Assembly (NCBI GenBank): GCA_043228905.1
Contig: JBHGNT010000014.1
Coordinates: 18,910,001-18,974,000, forward strand
Length of the DNA: 64,000 nucleotides
Direction of reading: 5' to 3'
Origin: Azolla caroliniana
Lineage: Eukaryota > Plantae > Polypodiophyta
Translations under genes and position numbers: made by a program
Notes under the pieces: model-generated
What the model was told of the DNA's origin: nothing
What the model saw: the letters and a program-made list of their open reading frames with translations, nothing else
Database searches by the model: none
In this document: positions 14,249 to 26,100 of the stretch, in pieces
How positions within the stretch are numbered: the first letter of the stretch is position 1
Layout: each line of letters opens with the position of its first letter

Positions 14249-14610
14249 CGCCCACAACCTTCAAAAACGAAAGCAAAAAAGCATTTCATTCCTTTTTCTC
14301 TTGCTTTTTTTTGCTTTTCTGCTTTTTGCCTTTTGCCTTTTGCTTTTCATGCTTTTTGCTTTCTCCCTTCATAAAAACCTCCCATAATTCCACAAAAAAT
14401 CAAATCCTTTTTGTCTTCCTCAAAACACAAAATTCGATCTTTAAGAACTCGAACTCTACACGTACTCTCTTTTATTTATGTAATTAGTTTACCTTAGTGG
14501 TAAATTGTTAACCATTACAAGCACTATGTCTTGGGTTAGAAACCCAATTTTCTCACTTCTCTCTATTATATATTGCATATATATATCTCTTAATTCACTA
14601 GATGCCACTG

Positions 14611-14681
14611 TGGAATGTAGGGGTTGAACCCATGACCACTTGGTCTCCATTGGGCAACCTTACCAACTGAGCTACATCCAT
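14611..14681 (-). mobile_element. tRNA-derived SINE head or tRNA pseudogene
   Basis: The minus strand reads GGATGTAGCTCAGTTGGTAAG...GGTCATGGGTTCAACCCCTACATTCCA, with Pol III A box TAGCTCAGTTGG and B box GGTTCAACCC. The acceptor and anticodon stems do not pair properly. Confidence 0.65.
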
Positions 14682-14845
14682 TTGGGCTCTCTCTCTCTCT
14701 CTCTCTCTCTCACTAAAGGCACACAATTATATTAATTGTACGGAAAGCCCACTTGTTAAAAAAACCCTTCTTACTTAGTCTCCTCTATCTATCTAGCCTA
14801 TATGTTACGGAGAGGGACATGCTAATATAAAAACTGAATATGCAC

Positions 14846-15430
14846 TAGCCATGGGCATGGTTTCGACTTAAACCGAACCGAACCGTTAAACCGTGGTTTA
14901 AAGGTTTATAAGTTCCAAAATAATTAAATGGTTTGGTTTGGTTTTTAATTAATAATAAACGATTCGGTTTCAGTTCGGTTTGGTTTTGAAACTAGGGTTT
15001 ATACGTTTATAGGTTTTTGGGCTATCTTTTTTTATCCATTAAATGTTTATGTAATTTAATGGTTTAATTAATGTTTTTTATTGGTTTAATTCACTTAACT
15101 TAATTGTTGATTTAATCTAATGGCTCAATTAATCTTATTTATTTATTTTAACATAAATACTTATTAAATTTTGTGTATTTTTATTTAATTAATTTTTTAA
15201 TTAGCTTGGCTTAAATGTGGTTAGGTTAAAAAAATGTATTAAATGGTTTAGTTTGGTTTTAACTTTTCCCTAAACGGTTTTGGTTTGAATGGTTTAGTTT
15301 ACCTTTTTTTTAAATGGTTTGGTTTAAATGTTCAAATGTTCATAAACGGTTTGGTTTGGTTTTTGTTTTATATAAAGGGTTTGGTTTGGTTTGGTTTCAA
15401 GGCACCGAAACCGAACCAGGCCCATTGCTA
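14846..15430. mobile_element. hAT-like MITE with perfect 8-bp TSD
   Basis: TSD ATATGCAC at 14838-14845 and 15431-15438. Termini TAGCCATGGGCATGG / CCAGGCCCATTGCTA. Subterminal AAACCG/AACCGAACC motifs and an AT-rich core. Confidence 0.9.
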
Positions 15431-15439
15431 ATATGCACT

Positions 15440-16440
15440 TGAAGCCAATATCCCTACATGCTCTTAACATCTAGAAATTCCACATAAGAATGCTCGTCAA
15501 CTTCTTCCTTCACATATTGTCTTCACCCTCATGCCTTCTATCAATCATGAAAGCATTATGCCTTTTCCAATTGTGCCGGTGTCCCCGATATCGTAAAACT
15601 TCGAACAATATCTCCATTTGGACCATTTTGAACATATCGAGAAAAAAAAACCCCATTGTTGAGGCCTCGAGTAACAACGGGTTAAAACATGTCAAATATT
15701 CGATGAGTACTTCCAAAGGATATGTGTTATAGGGCAAGTTTATGAACCTATGTGTACTATCCTCCAACGGAATGGTGCAAAAGAAGCACGTACCTAACCC
15801 TAGTCCTCATCTCTTTAAGGCTTAATGTAATGTGAGCCCACAAATCATGACTCTCCATATGAATACCTTTGCACAAAATGGCAAATGGGAATGCCAATCA
15901 CGTTGCAAAAATTTCCACCACCTTGTATTCGACTTATATACATTCCACATCCACACCTTTTCTAGTTAAAGGTGATTGGCAAGTTAATGACGCCATATCA
16001 TGATGACACGATGTATGTGTACTGACCTGTAACAAGCATGTACCATCCTGTAACCGTTAATCCACCCAAGCCACAACATTTTTTTTCATTGGCAAAAAAC
16101 CATGCAACAATGGTATATCTTGTAATTTCGCCCAAATAAATCCATAATTGGGGGGAATACATAACCATCGTTTGGCATCTTCAAGTTTCGACAACCTTTG
16201 AAATTCATTATCAACCACATGTCCCAAATCTATAACCCCCAAATGAAATAAATGATTGAATTGAGATCTCAACTTCTCTTTTCCGAGCCAATGCAACATC
16301 AAGGAGAAAAAAGTAAGTCATTTTGTAATGAATTACAAAATTCTCAATCACTTGATAACGCTCAAATCAATAAAAGAGAATACATTTTGTCATGACCTTA
16401 TTGATTGTTGTTAGATTAGATGAATAATCCATTAAACAAT
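15440..16440 (-). mobile_element. Degenerate L1-like LINE (RT C-terminal / zf-RVT region)
   Basis: Fragmented minus-strand frames (WLGKEKL, HLGVIDL, Trp-rich segments) are typical of the 3' part of a plant non-LTR ORF2. Confidence 0.5.
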
Positions 16441-17125
16441 GGCTACCACGATGCTTGAAACTTTGTTTCCCCCCTCTCTCTCTCTAGTGAAAAACACACA
16501 ATTATGTTAATGGATGTGTGTGAAAAACACTATTACTTACAATGGGCATGTATCACAACAGAGTGAGTATGATGACACATTGACTACATGGGGTAGTGTA
16601 GCATGCTGAATTGTCAATAGGCAATACATTGTGAAATGCACATAAGATATCAAAACCAACCTAGTTAGGTTCTTACTTCTTACTCAATTTATAGTTGATA
16701 CATAGGTACCCATTTGGGTTGGCCTAGCTAAAAAGGGCGTGCTAAAAGGGTGGGTCGGCTTATGTACATGCATCCTAAAAAGGGCGTGCTAAAAGGGTGG
16801 CACAAAGGAACACATGCACACCACAATATGAAAAACCATTAAAAAAAGAATTTCTACTTACTCCATCCAATAAAGAAATTTGTCACATTAGTACTCCCTA
16901 CCAGCAAATACGAAAGCATTGCACATATCACAATTATGACGTAGTCCTCAATACCTCAAAAATAGGAAAACGATTTCCATCTCTGATTTTGGGTTGATAT
17001 TAGAATCTTAATTAGCTTTAAGCAAAATTAAAGAGGAAAATAAGGAAGAAAGGGCACCCATCCACTCAACCACCGCTTAACAAAGGCGAGAGATAGATCC
17101 AAGTCCCTTGTTAGTGTCTTATACC

Positions 17126-17592
17126 TAGCAATCGACAATGGTTCGAGAGGGTCAAAACCGAACCGTTAAAAATTTTAGAAACTTGAACCGAACCGAACTG
17201 GACCACGAAACCGTTAAACCGAGCCTTTTTTTTTTCCCCCCAAACCGTTAAGCCATTAAGCCATTAAACTGGTAAAACCGCAATTTCATGGTTCAGTTTC
17301 GATTTTCAGCTTAGGTCAAAATTAAAATTTTAAAATTTAAAATATTTCATTATTTAAAATTTCAAAAATTTAAAGATTTTCCTAAAATGTGAGAATAAGG
17401 CATGAAAATGAAAAGATGATTTAAAAACAAATTTTTTAATATTTTTTTAAATTTAAAAAAATAAAAAATAAAAAACTGTTAAACCGTTTAAACCGCAAGT
17501 TCTAACTTTTGAAACCGAACCAAACCATTTTAATCGTTAAACCGCGGTTTCGCGGTTTAGTTCGGTTCAAACCGAACTGTTGCTGATTGTTA
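17126..17592. mobile_element. hAT-like MITE with perfect 8-bp TSD
   Basis: TSD CTTATACC at 17118-17125 and 17593-17600. Termini TAGCAATCGACAATGGTTCG / CGAACTGTTGCTGATTGTTA. AAACCG subterminal repeats. Confidence 0.9.
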
Positions 17593-18089
17593 CTTATACC
17601 ATCGTGTATTGACATGGATCATAGCTTTGGGTAAGAAGGAGGCACAAGTTGAAGTGATGTTGTGTGGCCAAAGGTAAAAAGTGAGAAAACAAAGGGTGGA
17701 AGCACATGGGAAAAAGGAGAGAGATGTGAAAAGGGGAAAAGAAAAATGTAAAGAAAAGGGGGCAACGGTCTATGAAAAGGAATTGAAGGGAATAAAGGAC
17801 ATGTTTAAGGAAGCATTGAATGCAAAGGAGCGCCCTCTAGGGACATTCTTCCTATAAAAGGAAGTGGATCATCGAGCTTGTAGTCACACAAAGAGTGAAC
17901 GGAGTGGCCTAAAAACACTACCTCGACTCATAGCATCGAAGCCATCAATGGTAGCAATGGTCTCAACAACCCACTCATCTCGTGTTCACCAGAAGCTTAA
18001 TCCCACTCCTCCTCGCTTTCCTTCTTTCCATGTTGCTTGATTAGTGGTTGGCCTTTCCACCATTGTTGTAATAGCACGCCAAATAATCT

Positions 18090-18494
18090 TAATAGTCGAT
18101 AACGGTTCGGTTTGAACCAAACCAAACCTAGACATAACGGTTTAAACGGTTAGAAAGTGCAGTTTAAATGGATTAATAGTTTTAATTTTTAATTTTTAAA
18201 AAGAAAATTAAAAATTTAAGCCTAATCTCACATTTTAGGAAAACCTTTAAATTTTTGAAAACTTAAAATTTAAAATAATGAAAAAAATTTAAAATTTGAT
18301 TTTTGATCTAAGTTGAAAACTGAAACTGAACCACGGTTTTTACGGTTTAATGGTTTGGATTTTTTTTAATGGTTCGGTTTGAATAGTTTTGTGGCTCAAT
18401 TCGTTTAGGTCAAGTTTCAAATTTTTTTAACGATTCGGTTTCAAACCGGTTCGATTTTGACACTCAAACCGAACCGAACTATTGCCTATTGTTA
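18090..18494. mobile_element. hAT-like MITE, same family as 17126-17592 in inverted orientation
   Basis: Its interior is the reverse complement of the 17126 copy (tctcacattttagga vs tcctaaaatgtgaga). Imperfect TSD aataatct/cttaatct. Confidence 0.8.
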
Positions 18495-18986
18495 CTTAAT
18501 CTCTCTTCTCCTCTCCACCCTTCCTTCTAAGCTGCTTGAAGAGTGGTTGGCATTTCCACCACCGTTGTAACAACTTGCCTATACCGCTATTCACTCTAAG
18601 GTGTAAAGGGGTTTCCTTGTTTAATTGAATGATTTAACCTATAATTCAAGCTCCTCGTTTTGTAAAATCTCTTGTGAATTCTTGGTTTAATTCTTGGTTT
18701 CTTTAATTGAATGCTCCTGATCTAGGAATAGGCTCCTCTTTCCTAATCGCTCATTATTACTCTAACCTCACGTACTAATCGTGGTTTACGCAAGGGAGAG
18801 AGAGGGAGTAAAGTTCATGATAGTTCTCTCCCTGAGTTTAAGCTCTGTTTGACTATGCGCTCCCTACGAGTTTGAGGAGCCTTCGAGTTCAAGGCCTATC
18901 CTCCACGCCTTCTCAACCCTTGTGACCTCCCTAGTCCAAGACCCTCGTGATCCTGTTCGAGTAGCACACACACATGTTATCGCAAC

Positions 18987-19322
18987 ATAATTTGGTGAAC
19001 GCAACGTGAAAGAGCTACAAGGGAGGATTCAAGAAGAAAGGAGGAGATCTTGCCGAGATGATGGCAACAACCATGAACAGGTTGATGAGGTTGATGCATG
19101 CACGAGAAAGCACGATTGGCCATAAAGACCATCATCGGTGCATCAAGGCGTTTCAACAGGAAAGATGTCTCGTGCTACTTGGAGGCTTATAAAGCCAAAA
19201 TGCTTATGAGAGGCATCTTGGATTGGGCCGCAATTAAGAGAGTGTGTAGCCACTTTGACAAGCGAAGAGAATGGCACGATGAGGGTTCGTCAAGCAACCA
19301 AATGTCGAAGATACACTACTAG
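18987..19322 (+). mobile_element. Probable Ty3/gypsy 5' remnant (PBS-like site plus gag fragment)
   Basis: ...CAACA is followed by TTTGGTGAACG (PBS-like), then the gag-like frame KTIIGASRRFNRKDVSCYLEAYKAKMLMRGI. Confidence 0.4.
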
Positions 19323-19754
19323 TATTTCCTGGTAAGGCTTATGAAAGAAAATTTGTTGCAGCATAGCAATATTGACTACAACTGGCTACCCAAGGGAGTC
19401 AAAATGAATCTTGTTTGATTGTCAAATGACTTCACAATGAACTTAAAAGTAGTAAAACAAATTCAAATGCTAGTTTGTGATAGATGAGGTTCACATTGCA
19501 ATGAAACATTACCAGAAAAAGGAAAACTCAATATTTCAAATATATGTTTTCCCATACTTCAAACAACATTTTGAAAGAAAGAGCACTATTTCATGATAGA
19601 AAACGCAAACAAAACAAAAATTAGAGAATGGCAAAATGTAAGAACAATAAATATAAATTAAATGGAGGGAATGCTGAAGGATAGTAAGAAAACAACAAAT
19701 TTTTAACTTTATATTTAAATACCAATTATTGTGACAAAAGTTATTTACTATGAC

Positions 19755-19790
19755 ACCCTTGGGAGTATCCTCAACCAAATTGGTAGCCAT
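19755..19790 (-). pseudogene. psbH: psbH N-terminal fragment (NUPT)
   Basis: MATNLVEDTPKG resembles the PsbH N-terminus. Similarity is lost after about 12 codons. Its position opposite psbN is as expected. Confidence 0.7.
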
Positions 19791-19861
19791 AGATCATATT
19801 CAATCAATTGAAATTTACTATTATATCTCATGGGAATTAATATTTCTTAGGTTATAAAGCA

Positions 19862-19993
19862 ATGGAAATTGCAACTTTGGTCGCTATCTTTACATCTTGT
19901 TCACTCGTCAGCTTCATTGGTCACGCTTTCTATACCGCCTTCAGTCAACTCCCCAAAGAGCTCACAGACACCCTTCAGGAACACGAAGATCAG
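19862..19993 (+). pseudogene. psbN: psbN (pbf1) copy in the NUPT; the stop position reads CAG
   Basis: [43 protein letters not shown] aligns without gaps over 43 aa to the recalled PsbN consensus METATLVAIFISxLLVSFTGYALYTAFGQPSxxLRDPFEEHED. Confidence 0.92.
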
Positions 19994-20727
19994 TTAGATG
20001 AGAGACCTTCCCGGGAAAAACAACCGAGTAAGGCCTCTAACTAGTCCTACTCCTTCCATGAGTTCGCCGATGTTAGGAACAAAGACAAGTACTTCTCATG
20101 TTGGTTCATTTTCCACACAATGGAACCAATTTCTTATGGCAATTGATTGTAACAATACAAATCTTTTAATAATAACTGCAAAGTTACGCCCCTATTTCAT
20201 GGGGGTGTCTATGTAACAATTGGGACAGAACAGGGACCCCACACCTAATGCCACAAAATTTGCTTAAAGACAAAAGAAACTCAATCCACCACCCAATGGT
20301 TGCCATTGCATCAATGCATGACGACCTTGGTACAAATCATAAATTCATTGAATAAAAATTATAATACAACCCATAAGAAAATGATCATACAAGAAATATT
20401 AAAATCACGGCTCATTAAATACTTGAGGTTTTTTTTTTCTCGTTAAACAAAAATATTGTTGCAAGGATGCTCCTCCATCGATACTAATCACTTGATACGA
20501 AGAGAAACGACAAAAAGCAGTCTTTGGTGGTTGATCAAGATGTCATAAGCAAGAGTTGCAACTTATGCTTCATATACAATTCTACACTCATACTCTACAC
20601 CATGCATGGACACATGCATTGACACTTTACTAGATGATATGAATACAATGATTCACCTCATAAAATGATGAGATAGGATGCTCTCTCTACAAAATTGACT
20701 TTTTCTGTAATGTTTTGGTAGAAAAAT

Positions 20728-23086
20728 TTATTCCAGAAGCATCGATTGTACTTTGATGTCCCCCTTTGGCTTTTGGTCATGCTCTCTTGATGTTTTGCAT
20801 TTTCTCCTGACGAGAAAGCCTCGCACAACTGATTGAATCTTAACCATGGCACCATACCTATAAATCTTTTGCACTTGTTTCTCTCTTTCGATCCGAATAG
20901 CTAACTCCAATCCCTAATGCAAAAGTTAGTTGAAAAAAGAGAGACAGTCAATAATAAGGGTTTGCAATTGATGAGGTTTGCAGTATTTCAAATGTGGGAA
21001 TAACATAAGCATTCAATGCATGTTCTACTGAATATTATGTGTGTGAAATTCAGGCAAACGCTTCGCAAATTTATTATATCAGTCGATTCAATTTCTAAGG
21101 AAACCCAAAAATTAGTAAAAAAAAGATCTCAACGTTTGCTCACTGGGTGAACATGGTAAAGTTTACCTTAGAACCAATCTTATATAATGCCAATGTCTCA
21201 AGAAGCTCTCTAAATCCCACTCCTTTGCCTCGTACATGAAAAGAAAGCACTTCCCATTCTATTCGTGCATACCTACGACATTCAAATAGCTTTAATTAGT
21301 GTCTCAGATTTAGACCTGTAAGATGAACAAATACAACTACCATGGCACTTGAAAACTTGAATAAATTCTTTAACATCTGTATATTTTATATATGTGAATC
21401 CTTCACTATGACATTTATATTCCTTATAATGTTTTTGTTGAAAAATTACATGCATTAAAAGTTCTAAGTTAAAAAAAATAAAGAAATGACAAAAGCATTT
21501 GAATTTGTAGAATCCCAACCATGGACAATCATTTTCCTTTGAACACTTTTAAAAAAGGAGGTCTTTCTATAGTTTAACAAAGTATACAATTTCAGAAATT
21601 ACAAAACTACAGTATCTACAAAAATCCAAAATTGTCCAGGCAAGATATAGTGCTTATGGATTTACAGTTATAGCAGACATACATTAACAGAAGTTTTGCT
21701 AGAAACTATAGAGTGAGATTATCAATTCTTCACTGGCCCAAAAAGCTCCATGCACAATTCACCGTATGTTCTTAATTCCTTTGAACTGCAGAATGCAATG
21801 CAAACTAGGCTTTAAGAAAACACTTTTATGGGTAAAGTGAAATGGGGAGGCAACTTGTGAGTATTATCTCAATATTGAGACAAAGAAAAACTATGCCTTT
21901 CTTTGGTGAGAGAAATCCAATATGCCGATGTGGAAATCAACTCTCCTTTCAGCCTATGTATTTGTTGTGGTTCCCCATGAAGTTCATCAAACAAGAACCC
22001 ATTTCTCAGGCTCCAATTATACCACGTCCCCCAATACCTAAGATAGAAAAATACAACCTTATATGGTGGGGTGGGTAGAGCTCTAACAGCCTTGATGAAA
22101 ATCCATTGAAAATGTGACAAAACACTGCTAGTTAATGATGCCCAAAGTTGTGATATAACAACCCAAATGGTTTTAGAAACTGGGCATATAATGAACCTGT
22201 GTCTGGGATCTTCCTCAATCACTGTACAGAAAAAACACGTATCTGTCTTCGTTTTAAAGTCATGGCCAAAGGCAACCCACCCACCATTACATGCCAAAGA
22301 AACACATTTGCACAAAATGGAAGATGAGACTGCTATCCTGCATCTAAAACTCACACCCATTTTACACATTGGGTAATTTGTCATGTATCTAAAACAGTCT
22401 TCACTAACCAAGTTCTATCTTCAACCAATTTATGGTATACATTATTACTGTGCACGAAAAGTATCAATGATTTTTCAGTATCAAACGACCAATCTTTCCA
22501 TGATTCCTCAACGACCAACTCTGCAATTGGGGAATCTGGGATAGGTAACACCAATATTGATTGCCAACTATAACCATATCCATGTGGTATATGAAACCTA
22601 CTTCACATTTTCCAAAAGGCCATCATTTGCCTATGTAACTCTAAAATAACAGCTTTGATAGTTACCAAGCCAAGCCTTGCCACACACACACACACACACA
22701 CACTCACTCTCTCTCTCTCTCTCCCTCTCTATGGACGATAAGAATTCTAATTCTAATTCTAAATTCTCTCTCTCTCTCTCTTCATGTTATTTACTTTTAT
22801 ATTTACTGTGTAATATTTATTTTATTTTGATTTGTTCTCAAAGACGAGACAACACTTAAGATGTAATCTCTTATTTGGTCTTATAGGCCATTTTGGCCTC
22901 TTCAAAGACGTTAATATATCTTTCTCTCTCTCTCTCTCTTCCCTCGTCTCTTTTTATCTTATTTACTTTTATATTTACGGAGTAATATTTATTTTATTTT
23001 GATTTGTTGTTCTCAAAGACAAGACAACACTTCAGATGTAATCTCTTGTTTGGTCTTATAGGCCATTTTGGCCTCTTAAAAGACGT

Positions 23087-23132
<46 letters not shown>

Positions 23133-26100
23133 TAAAGATTTTGTGACCACTTACAGCTTTTTGTACATGCACCATACAGTTTATTATATAATTTTTATTT
23201 AAATATCACTTTTTTCATGGAAAATAAGTAAATGAAAAAATAAAGATACAGACACATAATGTGCGTCCTATTGTTCCTGTATCTATTTTAGAGTAATAAA
23301 ACCTCTAAACTTAAAAGAATAATATAACTAAATAAATAAATTAGAGAGATAGATAGAAAGAGACCATTCGCTTGGAGCATTGTGACGACGACCCAATGGG
23401 ATGCCAAGCCGATTAACGAAGGAACGTAGCTTATGGAATCCTATAAAACCTTTACTCAATGGATCAAATTCACTATCACTCCATAATTCTTGATATTCTG
23501 TGAGATTTGCTGGTGTTATTATGGTTTTCTCCTTCAGCAGCCCAAAGGTAATTGTATCTATAATGCTTGCCACAAACATATTCATGAATATATGGGTGGC
23601 CAGTGTGATAAAAAGAATGAAGTAAAAAAGTGCAAATGCATTATTTCCACATTCAGATCCATGTATGGGGTCATCTTTGGTACAAAAAGGAAATTGTTGC
23701 ATGGTATCAATCAAAAGGCAAGACCAATTGTCTCCTGTCATAATCTGCACAACAATATTCACAAGAAATCAACGAAGCAATAAAAGGAAAACAACACAGT
23801 TACATAAAAGCAATGCTAATTTTGCTTTAATAATAGTAACGTGAATAATTAGCATATGGACAGCAATGTAAATAAACAGTATTTCATAAAGAATTTTAAT
23901 CACAAGTATTCTGTACACAACCTATGTAATCAACATGAATTTTCGATGATCATCAAGATCAATTCCTCATGATTTGGTTGTGCTATTTGGTAACACATGA
24001 GATCTGGTGCTTTACACCTTAATCTTTGCATTTTACATAGTATAGCAGAGCAAATATTATGAAACATAAAAGAAGGAGAGAGGAGCACCTGAAAAAGCGT
24101 AATAAAGGCATTTGTGAAGGAAGAAAAGTTCATTTCATTTCCAATGCAGATGCCATCTCTAAGTTTTGCAAACATCTGGACACCAATGATAGCAAACGAA
24201 ACCAGCAAGATTCCTAATAACCATATAATGTCGACCATATGCATCATACTCACAATCACTATCTTTAGGAGATTATTCAACCTAGGAGTGTAACGAATCA
24301 CACGAAATATTCTTGCTCCCATTGGGACTCTACCTACAGTTTTCCTTAAAGATAGTGTCTCAGGCATTATCATTGTTTCACTAACGATTGCATTGCATAA
24401 CTCAAATATATTCCAAGGGTCTGATATAAAATCACGCACCTGCACCGGAAATATTTCAATAATGTTTTTTTAAAAGGTTTTCAGCACACACAGGTAACTT
24501 ACATATTTATTAACGTCTTTTTAAGAGGCCAAATTGGCCTATAAGACCAAACCAGAGATTACATCTTAAAATTTTCTCGTCTATGAAAACAAACCAAAAT
24601 AAATGTAACTAAATAAAATAAAGTAAACAAAATAAAACATGACTAAATAATAGTTTATTGATACATGTAAGATTCTAAAGTAGGATAGATTCATTTTTTT
24701 CTTCAAAAGGTCTCTGGCATAGGTTGAACCAAAATAGAAAGATCTCCAAAGCAAGGACGCAACTGTGATGGCAGTAGATAATGGCCTTTATTTCCAATGA
24801 CAAGGGTGGTGAGATTGTGGTCCACACATGAAAAATTGCTATTGCCCATTCCATTGTTATCCCTTTGCAGTGTCTTGGTTGGAAGCCCACTGTATAACCC
24901 TTCATTGATTTGCAGCATGAATAGGATGGGGCTAAAGACAGTTGTGATCGTTTTTTGTTGATGAGCTTGAGTAGTTGTATGTTATCTTTCAGTTGATGAG
25001 CTCTTGGATACTGGTCTCTGATTGGAATAATGCCTCAGTGATTATTGGGGCTGCTCCCATCTCAGCCCCAATTATATCATAGGCATCCATGCTTTGCTCC
25101 TTATCATGTGGGCAATCATTGAGACTAAAGCTCTCACCAAATATTTCTAGTTATTTGCCTCGTTGAGACTCGGTCCCCAAGTTTCTATTCCATAGAGAAG
25201 AGTCGGTGTGACTATTGTATCAAATAGCCCCCATTCAGTTGGTGGCTCTTGGAGCTGTATAGGCGAACATTGTCTCTGAAGTTTACCAAGGGATACATAT
25301 CCCTGAGAAATTCAAGCACAAGCAGTTTCCTGTAAGTAGAATCAAACCCCTATGAATGTTTAGTCCTAAGTACGTGTAGGATTGTGTATGTGCCACCTTT
25401 TCTTCTCCCAATAAGAATTCTGGTTCTGATCTTGTTACTGTGTCTTCAATGGCACATACTTCAAGACTAAGTACATCGTAACTTACCCACAAAATATTCT
25501 AGTTGACTTGACTAGCCAATCCTATTACCTATTTCGCTCTTTCCTAAATCCACTGTGTCCTATGCATCTACGGTTTCCTAGATTAACACCTTATCGACCC
25601 ATATGGTCGAGTTGCACACTAGCCGCTCCTCATTTGGGGCGCTATCACAAAAAGTGCACTCTAAGAGCACATATGGGGATAGATTTACAACTTGGGGCTG
25701 ATCATTGATTATATCTAACATGTCTCCAGAGATGTTAAACACCATCACTTTAGTTTTATCTATGTTTACCGACAAACATTTTCACAACAAAATGAGTTTA
25801 AGGCAATGCGATTGTCATCCCTCCCAAGAGTCGGAGAAAAGTAAAATGTCATCAGCATATAGTAATATTTGTATGAATATACATGTTAGGCATGCTGCAA
25901 ACCACCAAATCTCTCTATGTAATGTAATACACGATCTATATAGAGTTTGGTGATAGTGACTAGAGGCAAAGATGGCAGATATTACATCTGAAAATGTTGT
26001 CTTATCTTGGAAAATGAAAAACCATAATAAATATAAATATAAATTAATTAATAAAACAGTTTTAGATTCTCAAAAGAAAGGACACAATGAAGCCATCTTA

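Larger units (their letters stand above)
19755..20042. other. Nuclear plastid DNA insertion (NUPT): psbH 5' end, spacer, psbN, downstream hairpin
   Basis: Divergent psbH start (19790, -) and psbN (19862, +) match their arrangement in the plastid psbB-T-N-H cluster. An inverted repeat agttaga..gacctt / aaggcctctaact follows psbN. Confidence 0.9.

Noticed and set aside
14611-14681. Functional tRNA gene
   Set aside because: The acceptor and anticodon stems are mismatched, so it is treated as a SINE or pseudogene.
19862-20044. Functional nuclear-relocated psbN
   Set aside because: It has no transit peptide, retains un-edited codons and the plastid spacer, and has substitutions at conserved residues (G28S, P30L, R35T, P37T).
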